IMG/VR virus record: IMGVR_UViG_3300040971_000368
Coordinates: 1 to 48,786 of that record
From: a virus
Lineage: Duplodnaviria > Caudoviricetes
Length of the DNA stretch: 48,786 bases
Strand: one strand, 5' to 3'
In this document: positions 28,292 to 36,833 of the stretch, in pieces
Numbering within the stretch: the stretch's first letter is position 1
Layout: each line of letters opens with the position of its first letter
Made by a program: the position numbers and the translations under genes
The notes under the pieces: model-generated
Told to the model about the DNA's origin: nothing
The model's database searches: none
What the model saw: the letters and a program-made list of their open reading frames with translations, nothing else

Positions 28292-28752
28292 TCTTCACCG
28301 TCCTTCATCGCAGACTGATAACAAGTCTCGTCCTCATTAGACCAGCGCCCGGATTCCTTTTCACTCATCCGAATAATGCCATAAACGTATTTGTAATAAG
28401 GCTCGTCACAGGCGACCACGATAAAAGGTTTTTGTTTCAATGATAGTTTTGCCGCGCGTGGGTTAAAGTTGAGCGCTTCCCGCAGATGCTTATTTTCTTT
28501 CGCCAATTTTTCAAAATCAAGCAGGTGTTGTGCGTGAGCTGTTTTTACCCGTCCAACTTCCTCAAACCGCTTCTGTCCTAAATCGGTGGCGATATTAAGC
28601 TGCTGTTTCATTTCGGTGTTTATTGATTGCAGATTGGTTATTTCGTCTATGATATTTCTGGCCATCTTTATTTGAGAAGCAAGGTTGTTTATTGCATCTT
28701 GTGCTTCTTCCGAAAACTTTACAGTCATGTACATGTCACTAGCCATATTCAC
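28288..28752 (-). CDS. Hypothetical coiled-coil protein
   Basis: Operon context, 4-bp overlaps. Confidence 0.55.
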   Translation of the reverse strand: MNMASDMYMTVKFSEEAQDAINNLASQIKMARNIIDEITNLQSINTEMKQQLNIATDLGQKRFEEVGRVKTAHAQHLLDFEKLAKENKHLREALNFNPRAAKLSLKQKPFIVVACDEPYYKYVYGIIRMSEKESGRWSNEDETCYQSAMKDGEE

Positions 28753-28964
28753 CTCTTTGGAGTCAAGTCTTTTCTAAATTCGTAACCATCTAAAACAGCT
28801 TTGTTTTTGCACACTTCGTTTTTCTGAAAACCATCATCTTCAGTAAACGTAAAATGGCATACGTGGATTGTTCTAGGCAATTGTTTTGGATTTATCCGAT
28901 CAGCCAACTGATAAACAGGCATGGGGTGATATTGTTGTCCACAGTAGTAACAAATCTCCATCAC
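28749..28964 (-). CDS. Hypothetical Cys-containing protein
   Basis: CYYC motif; coupled overlaps. Confidence 0.5.
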   Translation of the reverse strand: MMEICYYCGQQYHPMPVYQLADRINPKQLPRTIHVCHFTFTEDDGFQKNEVCKNKAVLDGYEFRKDLTPKR

Positions 28965-29368
28965 TCACCTTCTTCCAGGATAACTTTATTGGTATCACAA
29001 ATCACTTCACGCGCTTTCAATATAATATTTGAGTGCGCCAAGATGATTTTATTTCCGTGGTTATCAATGACTTTTAGCAAGTTATTAAGTGCTGTGTGCA
29101 ATTTTTGCACATACTTGAGGGCATTGATCGCATCGCTAAGTTTTCCGTACGGGATAACTTGACCTGTCAGAAACATCCAGTGTTGGATATCGCTCTCATG
29201 TGCGTGAGGATCAAGCACGTAAACATGTTCATAATCGTTGTCATTGTTCTTTTGCGCATATTTCAAGACTACGCACACATCGCCTTTGTTAAATCCGTGT
29301 TCTTTGTCGTACTCAGACGGGGTCATAATTTTGACAAACGATAGTTTTTCGTATTTTGTTGTTTTCAT
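28961..29368 (-). CDS. Hypothetical protein
   Basis: Operon context, 4-bp overlaps. Confidence 0.5.
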   Translation of the reverse strand: MKTTKYEKLSFVKIMTPSEYDKEHGFNKGDVCVVLKYAQKNNDNDYEHVYVLDPHAHESDIQHWMFLTGQVIPYGKLSDAINALKYVQKLHTALNNLLKVIDNHGNKIILAHSNIILKAREVICDTNKVILEEGE

Positions 29369-29577
29369 TCTTTACCAACTTTTACATTAATCAAAACTTT
29401 TTCGCCTCTATAAGATGCTCCTGACCCTGGGCAATCTTCACTGCCTGTTTGCATTCTTCCGTTTTTTGAAACCTGGACTTTATGTTTTCTGACCTCGTAT
29501 TCCCCAAACCTGAATACAGCGGCAAATTGACGTTTGCATACCGGACAGACAATCATGTATCTTTTAGTTTTCATCAT
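29365..29577 (-). CDS. Small Zn-binding hypothetical protein
   Basis: CPVC...H...CPGSG. Confidence 0.55.
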   Translation of the reverse strand: MMKTKRYMIVCPVCKRQFAAVFRFGEYEVRKHKVQVSKNGRMQTGSEDCPGSGASYRGEKVLINVKVGKE

Positions 29578-29974
29578 TCACCAAGCATTTACAAAGTCCA
29601 AAGTCTTTTTGAAAACGTTCGTTAGCCTGATCAAGTGTCAAATGCTCAATAACGCAATCATCCATAATCCACTCGCTGAGGTAGTCTGCCAGTGATTCTT
29701 TTCTTTCCAGGGTATTTGCTGAATCCACTGAAATAGCAGTTGCGTAACCGCATTTGTGGATTGCGAGATAAGCGAATTTTGGTTTTTCGTTTTGAGGTGA
29801 TTCTGTGGTTTCCGGAATATCCTCAGTTTCAGGCATATCTTCAGGATAATCTCTAGTTTTTTCTTTTGGTAATGGTTTCAACCAACACGATTGACACAAT
29901 GGGTTTCTTGGATCACCAAATTCATCAAGTGATGTTTCAATGGATTTTTCACAACGTGTACAGGTTTTCATCAT
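29564..29974 (-). CDS. Hypothetical protein
   Basis: CTRC/CQSC pairs; operon context. Confidence 0.5.
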   Translation of the reverse strand: MMKTCTRCEKSIETSLDEFGDPRNPLCQSCWLKPLPKEKTRDYPEDMPETEDIPETTESPQNEKPKFAYLAIHKCGYATAISVDSANTLERKESLADYLSEWIMDDCVIEHLTLDQANERFQKDFGLCKCLVNDEN

Positions 29975-30306
29975 TCACCCCTCTTCATTGGTATCAGATA
30001 CATTTCAGAGGTATCAACTGCACCTGTTGTTTCGCATTTTTCCTGGAAATCATCAATTCTTTTAGCCAGGCCATCACACCATTCTTTTGTGTTTTTACTG
30101 CCATCGAAATTGACAGCAGCGGCGTATGCGGAAAGTTCGAAGCCTTCCAGCAAAAGCTCTTTCAGTTTTTCAATCTCAACCTGTGCTTTTTGTGCTTCTA
30201 AGTGATATTCTTCTGCCTGGTCCAGAATTCGATCAATCGAGTTATCTCGGAAAATTATCTGTCCTTTTTTGCGTTTGTTGCGGGCTTCAAGGATGTAATC
30301 TATCAT
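29971..30306 (-). CDS. Hypothetical protein
   Basis: Operon context. Confidence 0.5.
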   Translation of the reverse strand: MIDYILEARNKRKKGQIIFRDNSIDRILDQAEEYHLEAQKAQVEIEKLKELLLEGFELSAYAAAVNFDGSKNTKEWCDGLAKRIDDFQEKCETTGAVDTSEMYLIPMKRGE

Positions 30307-31241
30307 TATTTCACCTCCGGGAATTGTTTGTATTCCTGGCCGTCGAGTAATGCACCGGCTAACTTCTTTCCAACGAATTGCATTTTCTGATTACCCATCA
30401 AAACATGTCTGAGTTTGCCGCCCAAGTTTGCACCGTTTGAACCTGTAAATTCGCTTACTGGCGCCCATTCGCCTTGTTGTTTGAAAAAGAACGGAATATC
30501 AGCAAAGTCACAATCATTAAGCAATTCCATAGGCCAATCCGGATGCATTGGTCTGGCTTTCAAACCGGATTCCCCGCCACAAATTACCCAATCAATGCCG
30601 CGGGTGTGAATTATTACATCTTCGCTTATTTCACGGTATTGCGGTTCTGCCCAACCAGAAATATTTAATGGTCCGAGAAGTGGTTCAGCAGAAATGAATA
30701 ACACAGGGGATTTCCAATGCCGGCCAATCCATTCTAGAATAGGCCAGCGTTTATGGAACTGTTCCTGGTTTTCTGCTGATATTCCTAACCATACATTTTG
30801 AGGAAATGCAGATTGGTTATGTAAATTGCCTAATTCTGTATAAGCTCCAAATGATAACCATTCTTTAGGCAATAACTTTTGCATGTTTTGTGGCCGCTTA
30901 GTAAGCAACATCCAGATCATGTTTGGCGTTTTCAGGATAAGTTCATAAAGCTGCTTGCGCGGCTCTACCAGATCCGGGCGGTCTTCGAACACATCACACA
31001 TGGACCCACAGAATACTTTGGATTTTATGCCGGCTTTGGCGGCTTTACGGTCCCACTTGAGTGGTTCACCCCAATGCTTTTGGTCAAAGAAACGACGAGG
31101 AGAATCCTTGCCAAACCATGACCCAAAGCGGTTACTGAACGTCTCGGCATAACAGTTAGCACACCCAGAACTAACCTTTGTACAACCCCACCAGGGAGAA
31201 AATGTATGATCAGTCCATTCTATTTTGCTGTTTTGTCCCAT
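30306..31241 (-). CDS. DUF5131 / phage Gp37-Gp68 family (radical-SAM-like)
   Basis: SKIEWTD.T..PW.GCTKVS.GC.NCYA, LLTKRP, SAEPLLG, DWVI.GGESG..ARP, PFFFKQ. Confidence 0.92.
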   Translation of the reverse strand: MGQNSKIEWTDHTFSPWWGCTKVSSGCANCYAETFSNRFGSWFGKDSPRRFFDQKHWGEPLKWDRKAAKAGIKSKVFCGSMCDVFEDRPDLVEPRKQLYELILKTPNMIWMLLTKRPQNMQKLLPKEWLSFGAYTELGNLHNQSAFPQNVWLGISAENQEQFHKRWPILEWIGRHWKSPVLFISAEPLLGPLNISGWAEPQYREISEDVIIHTRGIDWVICGGESGLKARPMHPDWPMELLNDCDFADIPFFFKQQGEWAPVSEFTGSNGANLGGKLRHVLMGNQKMQFVGKKLAGALLDGQEYKQFPEVK

Positions 31242-31331
31242 TTTATATTCTTTCTAATTTATTTCTTAATTGGATTTTTGTTCGATTTATGCAATAATTT
31301 AGAACAAACATCTTACTTATGGAGTTCGTTT

Positions 31332-31445
31332 ATGAAATTTATTTTTGACAATGTAATTGCTCCTATTGCAGCATTTATAAGTATTGGTTTATTCTTTTAC
31401 TTGTTATATCTAGCGATTATTCGAGTTTTGCTATTGCTCTCATAA
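31332..31445 (+). CDS. 37-aa hydrophobic peptide on the opposite strand
   Basis: RBS GGAG, ATG 31332, MKFIFDNVIAPIAAFISIGLFFYLLYLAIIRVLLLLS; fills an AT-rich gap. Confidence 0.5.
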   Translation: MKFIFDNVIAPIAAFISIGLFFYLLYLAIIRVLLLLS

Positions 31446-31459
31446 GCTTTTTTCTTTTT

Positions 31460-31765
31460 CTAAAACGGAATCACGTCATCTTTTTCAGGTGAACGTAATT
31501 CGTACTGCTGAATAGGCTGTGAAGAATTGCGGGCACAAAACGCACGGGCGATATCTTCTGAAACCGGGGTAATTGAATAGATGGCGTTGGGACCAAACAG
31601 ACGGGTAAAGCCTGGTTGATTTTCCGTTTCAGGAACATCAATACGCACAAATCCCTGGCCGGCAATAGTTTGTTCAGTTACACGGCCGGCCATTTTTAGA
31701 TGGCCAAAGAGCTCGAGAAGAGCCCATGCGTCGAACGATACGTTTTCTGTAGATTTGTCTTGCAT
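31460..31765 (-). CDS. Hypothetical phage protein
   Basis: WA.LELFGH..AG.V.E......VRIDVP...AIYSITP; RBS AAAGGA. Confidence 0.7.
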   Translation of the reverse strand: MQDKSTENVSFDAWALLELFGHLKMAGRVTEQTIAGQGFVRIDVPETENQPGFTRLFGPNAIYSITPVSEDIARAFCARNSSQPIQQYELRSPEKDDVIPF

Positions 31766-31789
31766 AGTAAATTCCTTTCTAGTAATTGA

Positions 31790-33409
31790 TTAAGATAAAA
31801 GTGTGTTTATCAACGCTTCAGCGGTTTTGCCGGGCACTGCGTTTCCAATTTGCTTTACTTTTTCTGAACGGTTTCCAAAAAACTTGTAGTCTTTAGGAAA
31901 CGACATCGCCGCGGATAGTTCGTGAGGTTGAAGCATCCGGAACCGAATATCTACAATCGCCTTACTGCCATCCTGGAGAGGTAACACCAACCCAAACCTA
32001 TCTTTACCGGTGATGGTGTCCAGTGGTTCATTGACACTTTTTGCCTGGCCAGTTCCGTAATACTGAACGATGAAAGGTTCGACCAATCCAAACTGATTAT
32101 TGGTTGCCACTGTTGGCATTGGATTGTCAACCGAACAAACACGCTCACCGCCTTCATAACTGGCACCGTGGTATGAAACAAGAAACGGCTGAACCATTCC
32201 CCAGGCATCTACGGATGTTACAGCCGGCAAGGGTTGATCAACAGAATACGATCTGTTTTCATCCTTTCCGTGATTGCAGGCAACAATAAACGGTTCGGCA
32301 AGGTATAGATGGTTTCCGCTGGATACAACTGTTGGCAAAGGCTCATTTATTGGAGCGGCATTTGACGTTCCAAATAGTTTCACTATATAAGGCTCCACTA
32401 AATACAGATGCTGCCCCTGGGCGGTTACCGTTGGCACAGGTTCTTCAATTGAACCGGCATTTGATTGACCGTACATGGACACTAAATATGGTTGCACCAG
32501 CGATATTGCGCCCGCTCCGGCCACGGTTGGAACAGGATCGGATACAGAACGTGGAGCTGCTGCGCTCTGTTGCCCAATGACAAACGGCAATCCGCTGTAT
32601 TTTTCCAAGCCACGCATTATGCGCCGCATCGTGTTTACGCTCAGGGCTTTTTTTCGGTCAAAAATACTTTTTCCGGGGATGGTCCAATCAATCACATCCC
32701 GGGCCGGCTTCCATGTTTGGCGCTTCCCAAACAAATCCGCTCCACCGGTTTTATGATGTGTCGGCTCTGGCCAATGTACCTTTTTTCCTTTGCGTGCCAA
32801 AATAAACAAACGTTTTCTTGTTGTCGGGTCGCCAAAATCGGCGCAATTGATCACCCTGTCACTCACGTTGTAACCCATCGCCCGAAGAGAAGAAAGAAAG
32901 GCTCGGTAGATGCGTCCTTTGAGTTTAAGAATTGGTGTCTGCCAATGACATTTCTTGGAGTGCTGTTTGATATCCGAATCAATCCCAACTCCGCAATTGC
33001 AGTCCTCGTACAATGGACCCCAATCTCTGAATTCAGGAACGTTTTCAATCAGTACATTCTGGATATTGACGGCTTCACACCAACGGATCACGTTCCACGC
33101 GGATGCGCGGGATTGGTCAGATTTTGGTTTACCGCCCCTCGCTCTGGAATGGTGTGTACATTCAGGAGATGCCACCATCAGATCAAGATAGCCACCAGGC
33201 ACAACCTTGCGCGGATCGATATTGTCCAGGTTGCTATCCATGTGTTGTGCCCAGGGATGATTGGCAGTATGTGTTGCGATGGCGACTTTCCAGTGGTTGA
33301 TAGCCAACAAATTGATATCTTCGGTTTGGTACCCGCGCTTTTTTAGGGCGCGCACCAAGCCGGTACTTGTACCACCAGCTCCACAAAACAGGTCGGCAGC
33401 ATAAATCAT
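31790..33409 (-). CDS. DNA (cytosine-5)-methyltransferase with internal repeats
   Basis: DLFCGAGG, SPEC, IENVPEF, R.RLF, RML...EL..AM.FP, KQIGNAVP. Confidence 0.93.
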   Translation of the reverse strand: MIYAADLFCGAGGTSTGLVRALKKRGYQTEDINLLAINHWKVAIATHTANHPWAQHMDSNLDNIDPRKVVPGGYLDLMVASPECTHHSRARGGKPKSDQSRASAWNVIRWCEAVNIQNVLIENVPEFRDWGPLYEDCNCGVGIDSDIKQHSKKCHWQTPILKLKGRIYRAFLSSLRAMGYNVSDRVINCADFGDPTTRKRLFILARKGKKVHWPEPTHHKTGGADLFGKRQTWKPARDVIDWTIPGKSIFDRKKALSVNTMRRIMRGLEKYSGLPFVIGQQSAAAPRSVSDPVPTVAGAGAISLVQPYLVSMYGQSNAGSIEEPVPTVTAQGQHLYLVEPYIVKLFGTSNAAPINEPLPTVVSSGNHLYLAEPFIVACNHGKDENRSYSVDQPLPAVTSVDAWGMVQPFLVSYHGASYEGGERVCSVDNPMPTVATNNQFGLVEPFIVQYYGTGQAKSVNEPLDTITGKDRFGLVLPLQDGSKAIVDIRFRMLQPHELSAAMSFPKDYKFFGNRSEKVKQIGNAVPGKTAEALINTLLS

Positions 33410-34569
33410 TGGGCACCATTACTTATCAATGCTTTTTGCACCGCTAATGAATGTCCGTCTGTGTAAACCGGTTCTATGAACACATCACCGTTTATGTCCT
33501 GGTCACTCCACTTGTTTGGCCATGTATTCAGTGACCACAATTCACGGATCCTGTTTTCTTCCTCTTTGCAAATCAAATTCACACCGGCGCGTTTTTGAAT
33601 ATCCAGCACAGTATTCAAACCGTATTCTCTGGCTGCCATTGTTAACGGTCCCAGCCGCTGGGCGTTTTTACCCCATTGGCCATCTTTACGCATTTCAGGC
33701 TCTGCTTTCCGCTTTCGATATTTCGCCTGGGTCAATTCGCGGTACAGCGGCTTTAGATCTAGTAATGGTTGTAAATGTTCCCAACGCTGCATTTTTACCA
33801 ACCGCTCAAGCGCCGTGTCGTGATCAACGAGATTACAGCCGACGCATCCGGTACGCACGTCTTCTTCGCCATAAATCGCGGCTATTCCGGAAGTGTCAAA
33901 TCCGTGCCTGCTGTCAAAATATAACCAATCGTACACATGGCATAATCTCCAATGGAGAAGCGGCGCTAATGTGTCTGCTACCGCCTCGGAACTGGCGTTT
34001 TGAAACCAGCCCTGGCCGCACTCGCCGGCGTCTTTGGAACAAGAGACTGCAATCCTCTGGTCTCTGGCTGCGCTTTCACCTAAACGCACGCCGGTAAGCA
34101 TCAGTAGTTTTTCATCATTGCTGGTACGTAAACTTTCCAACGCATTCAGCATCGGTTCTACTTTTATTTGCGGTGTACACCAGCGGAAACGGTTTTTTGG
34201 AGGCGGAACTCCGCGTCCAAACATATAAACATAGAACCTTTGATCAATTTCCGGCAAAACTACTCTGCTTTGAATAAAATCTATTTTGTCCAATTCTCTC
34301 AAAATCTGAATTGCGTTATCCTGTAATGGAGGCAGTTCCATCCGGGTATCCGCGTACAGAACCGTAAGGGTTTCGGGTTTTACAACCAATCCGGAATTGA
34401 TAGCCCATACCACAAAGGTCAATGCGGCTGTAGAATCCTTGCCTCCGGAATAGGCCAATGCCCAATGTTTGTAACGGGCTCCATACTCATTCAGAGACAC
34501 GACGCTCAATTGCACAGCATCATCAAGTTGCATGCGGTAGTTATCGAAAAGGGATGATTGTTGTCTCAT
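33406..34569 (-). CDS. PAPS-reductase family, DndC-like protein
   Basis: PP-loop YSGGKDS, DT.ME.P, GRG.PPP...RWCT..K..P, GVR..ES..R, RTGCVGC. Confidence 0.85.
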   Translation of the reverse strand: MRQQSSLFDNYRMQLDDAVQLSVVSLNEYGARYKHWALAYSGGKDSTAALTFVVWAINSGLVVKPETLTVLYADTRMELPPLQDNAIQILRELDKIDFIQSRVVLPEIDQRFYVYMFGRGVPPPKNRFRWCTPQIKVEPMLNALESLRTSNDEKLLMLTGVRLGESAARDQRIAVSCSKDAGECGQGWFQNASSEAVADTLAPLLHWRLCHVYDWLYFDSRHGFDTSGIAAIYGEEDVRTGCVGCNLVDHDTALERLVKMQRWEHLQPLLDLKPLYRELTQAKYRKRKAEPEMRKDGQWGKNAQRLGPLTMAAREYGLNTVLDIQKRAGVNLICKEEENRIRELWSLNTWPNKWSDQDINGDVFIEPVYTDGHSLAVQKALISNGAQ

Positions 34570-34748
34570 TTTTTAAAACACTCCCCGATATGCCAGATTT
34601 CTATCGCGTTGCCGTCTTCGTCCCATACAGCATGTGTTTCGCTCTTTGTTATAGATTGCGTTTCAGCCAGGTTCGAAGCCTGTTGTAAATCGTCAAAGAA
34701 GGGATCATCTTTGGCTGGAAAACCTAATGCTCCAACCTGGTATTTCAT
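34566..34748 (-). CDS. Hypothetical protein
   Basis: Start reassigned to the ATG overlapping the upstream stop. Confidence 0.45.
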   Translation of the reverse strand: MKYQVGALGFPAKDDPFFDDLQQASNLAETQSITKSETHAVWDEDGNAIEIWHIGECFKK

Positions 34749-34924
34749 TGGTGCACGTCCGATAAAACTTTTAGGTTTTCTACAAAGGCTTTTATTTGTT
34801 GAATAGACCAATTTCGCGCAATATATCCAAGTAATAAATCTGCCATCTTTTCATAAGGACATTTTTCGATTTCTATGTTTTCTGAATCACTTTCGGTTTC
34901 GATTAACAAACTTTCTTGTTTCAT
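34745..34924 (-). CDS. Hypothetical protein
   Basis: Start reassigned to ATG 34924 after AGGAG. Confidence 0.45.
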   Translation of the reverse strand: MKQESLLIETESDSENIEIEKCPYEKMADLLLGYIARNWSIQQIKAFVENLKVLSDVHQ

Positions 34925-35178
34925 GATCGGTGCTCCTGTATCCAGGTGGTGCAATCTCTGCAAAAGGCTGTTTCTTTTTTGGTGAAGTTCTTGGTAAGCG
35001 TCCCGTTACGATGGATAAAGTAAGCCTGCATTGCTTTGTAGATCACTCCAGGATCCGCATGAGCAGCTAAAGCATCCAGCCATGCCTGACGCAACTCTAC
35101 TGCCTTTGGGCAAAGCTTCAGGTATATGTTTGGTGATATGTAAACGCGGTTATCTGAAAAGATGAGTGTTTTATTCAT
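34921..35178 (-). CDS. Hypothetical protein
   Basis: RBS GGAGAGG; operon context. Confidence 0.5.
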   Translation of the reverse strand: MNKTLIFSDNRVYISPNIYLKLCPKAVELRQAWLDALAAHADPGVIYKAMQAYFIHRNGTLTKNFTKKETAFCRDCTTWIQEHRS

Positions 35179-35665
35179 AACGAACCTCTCCTCTATCAGT
35201 CAAAAGATGTTGAGGAATGATTTCGGGCAATAAAGCAACCATTCCATTGACATTTATTTCGGCAGTTGTGACAGGCATACCGTTTGAATGGTTGTTGGCT
35301 CCAGGCAGTTCCAAAAACCCGAAAAGTGCATCCTGATTCATTTCAGCAGCGGTAATAATCGCTTTGACAAAATGAACGGCTATTCTTCCCATCTGAAAAC
35401 GTGCGCGTTCTTCTGCGGATATCCGCTTTCCTGAAACGGCGAATTGTTTGTTCGGGTTTTGGATAGGCAAAGGTGTAAACACGAAACGGTACGAACGGTT
35501 TAGCCATTGAAAACGAACCATCCAGACGACTTTGCCATTGGTGTTTCCTTGTGCAAACATGATCGCTTCCGCACCAAACCGTTCAAGAATTTCGACAAGT
35601 TCGCCCTGGGACTTTGCTGAAGATACTGTGGTTTCCCAGTAAGGAGAATTTTCAGCATATTGCAT
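35171..35665 (-). CDS. Hypothetical phage protein
   Basis: ATG 35665 after GGAGGA; T.VS..KSQGE...IL.RFGA...KA pattern. Confidence 0.6.
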   Translation of the reverse strand: MQYAENSPYWETTVSSAKSQGELVEILERFGAEAIMFAQGNTNGKVVWMVRFQWLNRSYRFVFTPLPIQNPNKQFAVSGKRISAEERARFQMGRIAVHFVKAIITAAEMNQDALFGFLELPGANNHSNGMPVTTAEINVNGMVALLPEIIPQHLLTDRGEVRYE

Positions 35666-35915
35666 GGTTATCCTCCAGTGACCAGCTACCACCCACGACC
35701 ATGATTCCGCGTGATAGTCCTTCGGTGATTTCTATAAGGCCGGCTTCGCTCAATTGATTGAGGATATAGGATGTGTTTGATGATGATGGAATATTACAAG
35801 CCTGCATGATTTCACGTACTGTTGGTGAATTGCCGTCATTTTCCTTTTTGAATTTCACGATGTAATCATAGACAGCTTGCCGGCTGTGCTTTACTTCTCC
35901 AAATTTATTAGCCAT
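35652..35915 (-). CDS. LexA-like winged-helix DNA-binding protein (no peptidase domain)
   Basis: V..YI......G.SPTVREI....I.S.S.....L..L...GLI.....SRGI. Confidence 0.8.
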   Translation of the reverse strand: MANKFGEVKHSRQAVYDYIVKFKKENDGNSPTVREIMQACNIPSSSNTSYILNQLSEAGLIEITEGLSRGIMVVGGSWSLEDNHAIC

Positions 35916-36420
35916 TTTGAAGCTCCTCTGTTGATTTGCTCAGGTTTTGCGGGTTGGTAGTAAAGACCCTGCCTGCGTAGCGGATTTCAGTATTCTCGGG
36001 CAATAAGGATAACTGCCGGATTGAATGGGCAGTTTTTAGAAGTTCGACACTCCATAGCCCGTGGCGTTCGATGATTATTTGGAATTCTTCAATATCATGC
36101 GGTCTAAGATAGGGTTCTCCGTCTTCCATACCGCAATGCTGTAACTCGTGATCTAACAGTGCTTGACGCCACTCTTCAGACTGCGCTTCCCAGGCTTCTT
36201 TGACTACCCAAATGATGAAATGGGCATCTTCCAGGAGTGTGCGCATTTGAGCCGATACTTTTTGGCTCTTGGAGTAAGCTACTCTACCGGACACCAGTGC
36301 CGGCTCGCTGCGAAACATAAACAGAATATTGGCCTCGACCAAATCCGGATGATAGTTTTCAATCAGATATTGCGCGGTTGACATTACTGTCGGGGATGCT
36401 TCTTCCCATGCTACAGGCAT
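35908..36420 (-). CDS. Putative phage metallopeptidase
   Basis: ALLDHELQHC (HExxH), PHDIEEF..II.RHG. Confidence 0.8.
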   Translation of the reverse strand: MPVAWEEASPTVMSTAQYLIENYHPDLVEANILFMFRSEPALVSGRVAYSKSQKVSAQMRTLLEDAHFIIWVVKEAWEAQSEEWRQALLDHELQHCGMEDGEPYLRPHDIEEFQIIIERHGLWSVELLKTAHSIRQLSLLPENTEIRYAGRVFTTNPQNLSKSTEELQNG

Positions 36421-36833
36421 TAGAAACTCCTTTCTATATTCATCAGGTAATTTTCAATAACATTGATAGCTTCTTCAAAGCCCCAGCAAACCAAAGCTAA
36501 ATGGCCTTGCTTGTTCAGAAAACTGATGTAATCCAGTTGATCTTTGGATGGTTTGTTGTCACCATGTTTGAGCTCGACAAACAAGCTGGAATAGTATTTG
36601 TTTTTGGCCGGCAAAATAATATCCACAATGCCACGGGTCATGCCGGCTCTTTTCATTTTCGTGGCAGTGCCTATGGAAACACGCACACCGTTGAGCGTTG
36701 AAAACATGTATTTGAGTTCCGGATAGACGTTCAGTTGAAATTTTCGCCATTGAAAGATGGCACATTGGTAGTCGAATTCCGGCTGACTATGGGTAATTTT
36801 TTTACCTGTATGCATTGTTGATACTCTAGTCAT
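36420..36833 (-). CDS. VRR-NUC domain nuclease
   Basis: E...Q, NG.......MKRAG...G..D......LFVELK....PS.DQ. Confidence 0.85.
   Translation of the reverse strand: MTRVSTMHTGKKITHSQPEFDYQCAIFQWRKFQLNVYPELKYMFSTLNGVRVSIGTATKMKRAGMTRGIVDIILPAKNKYYSSLFVELKHGDNKPSKDQLDYISFLNKQGHLALVCWGFEEAINVIENYLMNIERSF

Noticed and set aside
32492-33346. 284-aa + strand ORF
   Set aside because: Antisense shadow of the well-supported C5 methylase
33406-34569. Sulfate-assimilation CysH auxiliary metabolic gene or complete Dnd system
   Set aside because: Longer than CysH and carries DndC-like motifs; no other cys or dnd genes recognised in the window
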